Origin: an uncultured Gammaproteobacteria bacterium
Lineage (GTDB): Bacteria; Cyanobacteriota; Vampirovibrionia; Gastranaerophilales; UBA9971
Length of the DNA: 61,884 nucleotides
Reading direction: 5' to 3'
Assembly (NCBI GenBank): GCA_964558005.1
Contig: CAZLCO010000007.1
Location: 1 to 61,884, forward strand
Below are positions 55,295 through 61,884 of the stretch, one piece after another (within the stretch, counting starts at the first letter, position 1; every line of letters begins with the position of its first letter). Position numbers and translations under genes: made by a program. Below the pieces are notes generated by a model. It was not told the origin of the DNA, ran no database searches, and saw only the letters and a list, made by a program, of their open reading frames with translations.

Positions 55295-57217
55295 CTAATA
55301 TCTGTCACCCATTCCAAATGTAAATCTTCCTCTTTTATTTCCTTCTCCAACAGAAGTTATCGGATAACCATAATCAAACCTTATAGAACCAAGAAACGGC
55401 AGCGGGACTATTATTCCTGTCCCGATGCTTAAAGCATAACCGGGATAGTCGTATAACTGATTTGTGAGGGTTTCCTCAAAGAGCGTACCGGCATCAAGGA
55501 AAAACGCTAGCCTTATGTCCCTAACTATTTTGTACTTTAAAAATTTATCAATAAAAGGAATAGGTGTCCTGAATTCAGCGCCGCCCATCATAAAGCCTTC
55601 GCCGTTCCCGACGTCGCCTTCACGGAACCCTCTGATTGTATACGCACCGCCAAGCCTGAACGCCTGAAACTCCGGTACAGTACCCAGCACTGTTGAACCC
55701 GCTTTTCCGCCAATTAAAAACGTTGATTTTTTGCCTACAGGGAAAAACTTCCTTAAGGAAATTGTAGCTTTCCCAAAGGTTTCCGCTTCACTGTCAAGAA
55801 CCGCAAAGTATTCCTTAAATCCAACAGAGCCGTACCAGCCACTTGTCGGCAACAAAACGCTGTCTCGAGAATCATAAACCAGAGCAGGCCCAAGGGAAAT
55901 ATATGAACCTCCCATTAACTGCTGCGCTCTTTGTGATATATTTACTCCCTTGCTGGCATAAATAGTCGCAATGCCTGTGGCGTCGCCTTCTTTAAGGTCA
56001 GTATCCTCAAATCCGATGCTAAAACTGCCCGCCAGGTTTTTAACCTGCCTTAATGGCCTTGCTATTTCTATATTTGTGCCTATTTTTCTTTCTATGCTTA
56101 AAGGAATTTGATAACTCGCCATATCTCTTGCAAAAGCATTTACCTGCAAAGAATTCAATGACTGCATCAGCCTGGGTTCAACAAACTTTGCTTCCAGCTG
56201 GTAGCTTGCCCTGTCCAATACGTCCCTGTTATCCAGCACAGCGCCGCTGCCTATCATAACGTTAGTACTTACTTCCTGTCCTCTGCCCAGAAAGTTATTG
56301 TCAATATAGCCCGCCTGACCGAAAAGTCCGCTAAGTGTATCTACTCCTCCCCCCAGCGAAACTGACCCTGTCCTTTTTTCATCCACTTCTATAGTCAGTT
56401 TATATTTATCCGGGTTTTCTATTGACGGAGATAGGACCCGCCTTACATCGGAAAAGGCCTGAGACCCAAAAAGCCTTGTCAGGTCCTGCTTTAACTTTGT
56501 TTCATTATATACTTCACCGGGTTCTACAGTCAGGTTTCTCGTAATTACAAATTCCTTGGTCTTAACATTGCCCTCTATTGCAATTTCTTCTATAACCCCT
56601 TCATTGATATGTACATTTATAATCCCGTCCGGGTCATCGCTTACTTTTTTGACCCTGGCCAGAATATAGCCCTGTTCAGCATAAATTTCTTCTATTTTAC
56701 TTATAGCCACATTCAACTGTGTAATGTTTTGCGGTAAACCTACCTGCGGGTCAAGCACAGCAAGGATTTCTTCCCTTGACAAAACGCTGTTGCCGGTAAT
56801 CATAAACCCTGTAACAGGGACGTTCTCTTCGACTTCAATATAAAGAGTTATTCCCGAAGGGCCGGGTTCGGGCACAGCCTTTATCCTTTCGGTAAAATAT
56901 CCCATATTATAAATGTTTTTCAAATCCTGTTTTATCAGGTCCCTGTTAAATTTAAGGCCCGGCTGTATTTTTAGTTCATTTAATATTCTTTCTTGTGATA
57001 CAAGTGTATTACCCTTAATTTTAATATGCTGGACTGTTATCGCCTCGTCATACGACCTGTCCTCTATTTCTTCCAGCTGCTCCGGAGCTATTTCATCAGC
57101 GCGGGTAAAAGGTTTTTCCTCCTTTTCCACCTGCACTTTTGCCGTGCAGCACTGCATATTGGCTGATATAGCCAGCACCATTACAATTATTATAAAAAGT
57201 ACTTTTTTTATGCGCAT
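55295..57217 (-). CDS. bamA: Omp85/BamA family outer-membrane assembly protein
   Basis: About 3 POTRA domains, NFLGRGQ, LGG..TIRGF, IRFDYG. Confidence 0.9.
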   Translation of the reverse strand: MRIKKVLFIIIVMVLAISANMQCCTAKVQVEKEEKPFTRADEIAPEQLEEIEDRSYDEAITVQHIKIKGNTLVSQERILNELKIQPGLKFNRDLIKQDLKNIYNMGYFTERIKAVPEPGPSGITLYIEVEENVPVTGFMITGNSVLSREEILAVLDPQVGLPQNITQLNVAISKIEEIYAEQGYILARVKKVSDDPDGIINVHINEGVIEEIAIEGNVKTKEFVITRNLTVEPGEVYNETKLKQDLTRLFGSQAFSDVRRVLSPSIENPDKYKLTIEVDEKRTGSVSLGGGVDTLSGLFGQAGYIDNNFLGRGQEVSTNVMIGSGAVLDNRDVLDRASYQLEAKFVEPRLMQSLNSLQVNAFARDMASYQIPLSIERKIGTNIEIARPLRQVKNLAGSFSIGFEDTDLKEGDATGIATIYASKGVNISQRAQQLMGGSYISLGPALVYDSRDSVLLPTSGWYGSVGFKEYFAVLDSEAETFGKATISLRKFFPVGKKSTFLIGGKAGSTVLGTVPEFQAFRLGGAYTIRGFREGDVGNGEGFMMGGAEFRTPIPFIDKFLKYKIVRDIRLAFFLDAGTLFEETLTNQLYDYPGYALSIGTGIIVPLPFLGSIRFDYGYPITSVGEGNKRGRFTFGMGDRY

Positions 57218-57263
57218 AATTTTTTTTATCTAAAAAAAGTTAAAGGTAAAATTAATCTTCTAT

Positions 57264-57995
57264 CTATAAAATATAGAAAACTTGGCTAATGTTCCTCTTT
57301 GAATTAACAAAAATGTTAACCCTGTATTTGCCCTCAGGCCAGCCTGTTTCAGGTTTTTTAATTGAAACGACCGCATTTTTAGACCCCTCTGTATTAAATA
57401 AAATTGATTTTACCTTTAGGTCCTCTTCTTTAGAAAGTTCATAAAGCAACTCTGTTTCAATCTCTGTACCGGGTTCGGCTTTTATGATTTCAATAGAAAC
57501 ATTAACGGCTTCTATATTTCTATCAAACCATACCATTGGTCTAAGGGCAAGATTTTCATTTTCTTTTCCTTCCGTCTGAGCAGTTATAAAAACCCTGCCT
57601 ATTTCGTCATTACCTATTGCGGGGCCTGCAAGTTCTTTTGCCAGTTCTTTATCAATCGAAAAAGCCTGCTTTGTATGGTGGAGAAATTTGGCCTTTTCAT
57701 TGTTTTCATAATATGCCCTGCCCAGATAATAATGCCCCATGGAGTTATAAGGACGATACGTAACGAATTTTTCAAGTATTTCTATTGCTTCTGCGGCTTT
57801 CCCCGCATGAAGGTATATTTTCGCCTCGTTCAATGCATTATCAGCATTGAATGCGGAATATTCCTTTTCCAGAGAATGCTCGGTTGAGGTAATCCTTACG
57901 ATATCATTTGAATAATCTTTTTTATCACACCCTGAAACAAATAAAGCAATTACAACAAATACAGTTAAAATTTTTATGTATTCGATTCTGAACAT
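57264..57995 (-). CDS. TPR-containing lipoprotein
   Basis: Lipobox FVSG-C; TPR (HYYLGRAYY); beta-rich C-terminus WPEGKY.V. Confidence 0.75.
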   Translation of the reverse strand: MFRIEYIKILTVFVVIALFVSGCDKKDYSNDIVRITSTEHSLEKEYSAFNADNALNEAKIYLHAGKAAEAIEILEKFVTYRPYNSMGHYYLGRAYYENNEKAKFLHHTKQAFSIDKELAKELAGPAIGNDEIGRVFITAQTEGKENENLALRPMVWFDRNIEAVNVSIEIIKAEPGTEIETELLYELSKEEDLKVKSILFNTEGSKNAVVSIKKPETGWPEGKYRVNIFVNSKRNISQVFYIL

Positions 57996-59854
57996 TCATC
58001 CTCCATCGCAGTTTTTTCTCTATCCTCCATTGCCCCGATTTGATTCCTGCCGTTTTCCTTGGCCCTGTAGAGCCCCTTATCCGCAAATTCTATAAGCTCG
58101 GTAGAATGTTTTCCATGGACAGGATATGTAGCTACTCCTAAACTTATTGTAACATTTACCTGCAATCCCTCAGCAAGTACAAAATTTCTGGCGGCTATGG
58201 TTTTACAAATTCTGTCCGCTATAGTTAAAGCACTGTCAGTATCAGCATCAGCAAGAATAAGCACCATCTCTTCCCCCCCATACCTTGCTACTATATCATC
58301 TGACTTAACTGACCTTTTTAATACCCGGGCGACCTGCCTGAGCACCTCGTCGCCTGCCTGGTGGCCGTATGTGTCATTAAATTTCTTAAAAAAGTCAATA
58401 TCTATCAGCACAATTGAAAACTTTGCGTCTGTCCTGTCTGCTTTTTTCATGTGTTCCTTGAGCTTTTCCTGGAAAAACCTGTGGTTATAAAGCTCGGTCA
58501 GCCCGTCCGTTGTAGCCAGTTTATAAGTATATTCAAAGTCTTTTGCCTTGAGCACGTATTTAATAATGTACATAGCCGTAAATGTAACAGCAATAAACAC
58601 GACCTGGCTTACGATTCCGACCCATATCTGGTGCTGGTCAAGAAGCATTGAGGCGGTAAAAAAATAAGCCAGGATTATAAATACAGTGATTAATGACGAA
58701 ATAATCGGCTCAGGAAGTTTAATTACAATAAAAGCGACAATAAAACTCAATATCAGGGATATTAAAAGGTCAGCCGAACCGCTTACCCTCTTTACGGACT
58801 GATTATCAATAATATTATTAAAGACCGTTGCCTGCACCTCAACCCCCGGCATAATACTGCTCACGGGCGTGCTTTTTATATCAAAAGTCGAAACCATTGT
58901 CGCGCCGATAAAAACAACTTTATCCTTAAAATAACCTTCGGGCAGCACTGATTTGTACACTTTCCAGAAAGGGATATACTCATACGTAAACTGCGGGCCA
59001 TACCAGTCTATAATAATAGACCCGTTTTCGTCCACGTGAAATGACCTGTTCCCGAAAACCAGTTCATTGTTCTCATTTATTACATATTTATCTATTTCAA
59101 CATTTTCTGTAAGTTCTATATAATCAGACGCCAGCTTAAGCCCGAGATAAGGGTAATAACTGCCTTCATACCTGAAAAAAGTAGGGCCTTTTCTTGCGAT
59201 TTTGTCTATGGGGCTGCGCATAAAGTTAATAAAACCTATTTTATCAGTCCCTTCAACAAGTTCGTCCATTATGAACCGGCAGTTGTTAAAAGTAAAATTA
59301 CTGAAATCAATAATTTTGCTCCTGTTTTCAAGGTTAACACTGAATTTTTCCGGCACTTCAGGCGGGGTGTGGTTTTCATCAAAATAGCCGCTCTCGTCAA
59401 CCACCACGTCAAAATTCATTGAAAGATAAACATTATCATATTTAGTTACTGTATCAATAAATTTCTGGTCCTGCTTTTCAAAACCCTTATGGTGCCCCAC
59501 AAACATCAGGTCAAAAGCCACCAGCGCAGCGCCGTCTTTAACAAGATATTCCACGACATCGGCGTGGACGTCCCTCGACCACGGCCACCTTCCCAGCTCA
59601 TCCTGCAGCACTTCACTGCTAACGTCATCAATGGCCAGAATTACTATATCAGGGTTATGCTGCCGCTTTTTTGCGGCCATATCAGCTCTTAAGTCATAGG
59701 TTTTAAGTTCATATGCCTCGAAAAGCTGTCCAAAATTAAATATTTTTTGCCCTAACAGCCATAAAAGAATTATTGCCACGGCTATAAGGCAAAGGTATGA
59801 AAACTGCCTGAATAGCTGTTTATCCCAAAACTTTTTAATCATCATTATCCTCAA
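57974..59854 (-). CDS. CHASE2-GGDEF diguanylate cyclase
   Basis: IVILAIDD, WPWSR, PGVEVQA, three TMs, DIDFFK.FND.YGH..GD, RYGGEEM. Confidence 0.93.
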   Translation of the reverse strand: MRIMMIKKFWDKQLFRQFSYLCLIAVAIILLWLLGQKIFNFGQLFEAYELKTYDLRADMAAKKRQHNPDIVILAIDDVSSEVLQDELGRWPWSRDVHADVVEYLVKDGAALVAFDLMFVGHHKGFEKQDQKFIDTVTKYDNVYLSMNFDVVVDESGYFDENHTPPEVPEKFSVNLENRSKIIDFSNFTFNNCRFIMDELVEGTDKIGFINFMRSPIDKIARKGPTFFRYEGSYYPYLGLKLASDYIELTENVEIDKYVINENNELVFGNRSFHVDENGSIIIDWYGPQFTYEYIPFWKVYKSVLPEGYFKDKVVFIGATMVSTFDIKSTPVSSIMPGVEVQATVFNNIIDNQSVKRVSGSADLLISLILSFIVAFIVIKLPEPIISSLITVFIILAYFFTASMLLDQHQIWVGIVSQVVFIAVTFTAMYIIKYVLKAKDFEYTYKLATTDGLTELYNHRFFQEKLKEHMKKADRTDAKFSIVLIDIDFFKKFNDTYGHQAGDEVLRQVARVLKRSVKSDDIVARYGGEEMVLILADADTDSALTIADRICKTIAARNFVLAEGLQVNVTISLGVATYPVHGKHSTELIEFADKGLYRAKENGRNQIGAMEDREKTAMEDECSESNT

Positions 59855-60035
59855 CGCTTTTTACACTGCTTAAAGGTACGATTGCCTTGCCGTACGGGGC
59901 AAAGTCAACCAGCAGCTTTGTTGTAACAGGGTTTTCAACAAAACGCAGCGTCTTTCCTTCTGCGCCAAGCGGCACAGGCCCCTGGCCATGCGATGAATTT
60001 TTAATGTAAATAACTTTTGCGTACCTTTTTTTCAT
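59835..60035 (-). CDS. Small hypothetical protein
   Basis: 66-aa ORF overlapping the DGC start, same strand. Confidence 0.5.
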   Translation of the reverse strand: MKKRYAKVIYIKNSSHGQGPVPLGAEGKTLRFVENPVTTKLLVDFAPYGKAIVPLSSVKSVEDNDD

Positions 60036-60333
60036 TAATAATAATATTATTATTATTTTTGAAAAAAAGAAACTGCCTTAGTTTTTCAGTAGTATTATCA
60101 AGCCTTCCCGGATTCTTTAAAAATAAAAGCAGGCATTCCTCGTTTTTGTTCATTCACAACCTCAACCCAAAATAATATGTAATATAAATATTGCCACTTT
60201 TTAATATTTAATACATCATTCAGGAGATGAATTTAAGCTCATTTAAAAGATCTAAACCATCCTTTAAATGAGGGATAGATTTTAGAGGTGATTAAAATAT
60301 TATTGAACATATATGATAAAATCTTTGTATTCA

Positions 60334-60349
60334 TTTATATGTAGAGTAA
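60334..60349 (+). promoter_or_regulatory. Shared upstream motif TWTATATGTARRGTAA, copy 3
   Basis: TTTATATGTAGAGTAA upstream of the SLH gene. Confidence 0.45.
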
Positions 60350-60376
60350 ATAATTTTAAAAAAAGGAGTTGAAAAT

Positions 60377-61762
60377 ATGCAGTTTAGAAAAACTTTGATG
60401 AGCTTGACTTTATCCTCATTGCTTTTGTTTTTTAACACATCATTTGCCTTAGCAGTAAATTTTTCTGACATTGGCTCTGACTACTGGGCAGCAAAAGAAA
60501 TCCAGGCTCTTTCAGAACAAAACATTATTTCCGGCTATCCGGAAGGGACATTCAAGCCTGATAACCCTGTAAACAGGGCAGAATTCACATCAATGGTCAT
60601 TAAAACCCTTAATAAAGAAGATATGCCGCTTAAAAGCGCCCCGGGGTTTAAAGATATAACACTTGACCACTGGGCTTACGGCAATATTTCAAGGTCAGCC
60701 GAACTCGGCCTTGTCGTAGGATATCCTGATAACACATTCAGGCCGTGCGGTGAAATCACAAAATCTGAAGCCACTTCAATACTTTCAAAAACAATAGTCC
60801 CCTGCGAGTGCGAAACCCCATGCGGCTGCAGCGGCCCATGTGAAACAGAAAAAACTAAAGAATGCGTATTTAAACAGTTTTCCGACAGCGATGATATCGC
60901 TGAATGGGCCAGACCTTCATTTAAAAAAGCAATTAAAAACAATTTATACGTTAACCACCCTGACGAAAACTACTTAACCCCGAACGAAAAATTAACAAGG
61001 GCTGAAACAGCCGCTCTTCTATATAAAATAAGACAGAACCCCTGTATTGTATCAGCAGAATACCAGGGCCCTTACCTCCAGGAAGTAAGTATGGCAAAAA
61101 AAGAAGCACCTTTACCGCAAAAAGTCAGGGTTGAGGAAAATAAAACCGTGGTAGAACATCTCCCCGGGACTCCATACACTGACTATGTCACAGAAGTTGA
61201 AATCACCGGCAGCATAGCAAAAATTCTTGCTTACAATATCCTTCCGGTAAAATTTGAAAACGGGCTTAAAAGCGGTGATGTAAAACAAGATGATGTAGTA
61301 TACCTTGTATTTAACAGAAACCTTGACACAGAAGAAGGTACAACCGTACTTCCCGCTGGAAGCAAGTTGGCCGCTGAAATCTCAAAACTGAAAAGAGGAA
61401 AACCTTTCCATATTAATGGAGAAATCCAACTCAATATCACAAATCTAATCCTCCCATCAGGAGAGGCCTATCCTATCAGCGCAACAATAGAAAATAATGA
61501 GCTGTTAGACCCGGAATTTGGAAGCTGTAATCTTAAAAGGCTTGGTATAGTATCAGCTTCTGTCGCTACATTCGGAACAGCCCTCGGGTTTTTCATCGGT
61601 TTAGCTGATGATTTAGGCGACGGTACGGCGCTTGGCGCAATTTTAGGCGGCAGTATCGGCGCAGGCCTTGGGCTTATGTGGCCGGGCTGCGGGGTTAAAG
61701 TTCCCGCTGATGAGGAAATATACGTAAAACTAAACGAAAATGTTGATGTAAAAATAGATTAA
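60377..61762 (+). CDS. S-layer homology (SLH) domain protein with Cys-rich insert and glycine-zipper-like C-terminus
   Basis: Signal peptide; GYPEGTFKP....RAEF, GYPDNTFRP, TRAE; AAGGAG RBS. Confidence 0.9.
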   Translation: MQFRKTLMSLTLSSLLLFFNTSFALAVNFSDIGSDYWAAKEIQALSEQNIISGYPEGTFKPDNPVNRAEFTSMVIKTLNKEDMPLKSAPGFKDITLDHWAYGNISRSAELGLVVGYPDNTFRPCGEITKSEATSILSKTIVPCECETPCGCSGPCETEKTKECVFKQFSDSDDIAEWARPSFKKAIKNNLYVNHPDENYLTPNEKLTRAETAALLYKIRQNPCIVSAEYQGPYLQEVSMAKKEAPLPQKVRVEENKTVVEHLPGTPYTDYVTEVEITGSIAKILAYNILPVKFENGLKSGDVKQDDVVYLVFNRNLDTEEGTTVLPAGSKLAAEISKLKRGKPFHINGEIQLNITNLILPSGEAYPISATIENNELLDPEFGSCNLKRLGIVSASVATFGTALGFFIGLADDLGDGTALGAILGGSIGAGLGLMWPGCGVKVPADEEIYVKLNENVDVKID

Positions 61763-61781
61763 ACAAAGGAAAGTTTTAAAA

Positions 61782-61806
61782 TAAGGGGCTGGATTTCAGC
61801 CCCTTA
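61782..61806 (+). terminator. Terminator after the SLH gene
   Basis: TAAGGGGCTG-gattt-CAGCCCCTTA. Confidence 0.7.
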
Positions 61807-61884
61807 AAATTTTCTCAAAGCTATATTGAATTGTTAAAGGGCGAAGCCCTTTAACCACCATAAGGGCGGGAAGGGTGGGGATTT

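Overview
A 61.9 kb chromosomal segment made up mostly of housekeeping genes. The cyanobacterial-type ClpC N-terminus, a short POTRA-type Omp85, lpxK/GT9, rny, rubrerythrin and the absence of photosynthesis genes suggest a non-photosynthetic Cyanobacteria relative (Melainabacteria/Vampirovibrionia-like); this is inference. Core genes include thrS, alr, clpC, lepB, cysK, ruvX, recA, rny, sbcC-like, ahcY, holA/holB, lpxK, gloA and bamA/skp, plus a long Bacillus-type SRP RNA and two tRNA-Leu genes. Main observations: (1) two unrelated AT-rich genes with HEPN-type RxxxxH motifs, each bracketed by inverted CGTC-type palindromic repeats, with a third right-end cluster at the window start, suggesting REP-bounded mobile defence cassettes; (2) an ORF6N gene inserted in the recA promoter between 32-bp direct repeats; (3) a Pmp-like autotransporter split by one in-frame TAG; (4) rny apparently starting at ATA; (5) a stand-alone MshEN c-di-GMP receptor immediately behind clpC; (6) an orphan AcsD/CdhD homologue; (7) two shared non-coding motifs. 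No CRISPR array, transposase or integrase was seen. All product calls come from motif recognition, not database searches.
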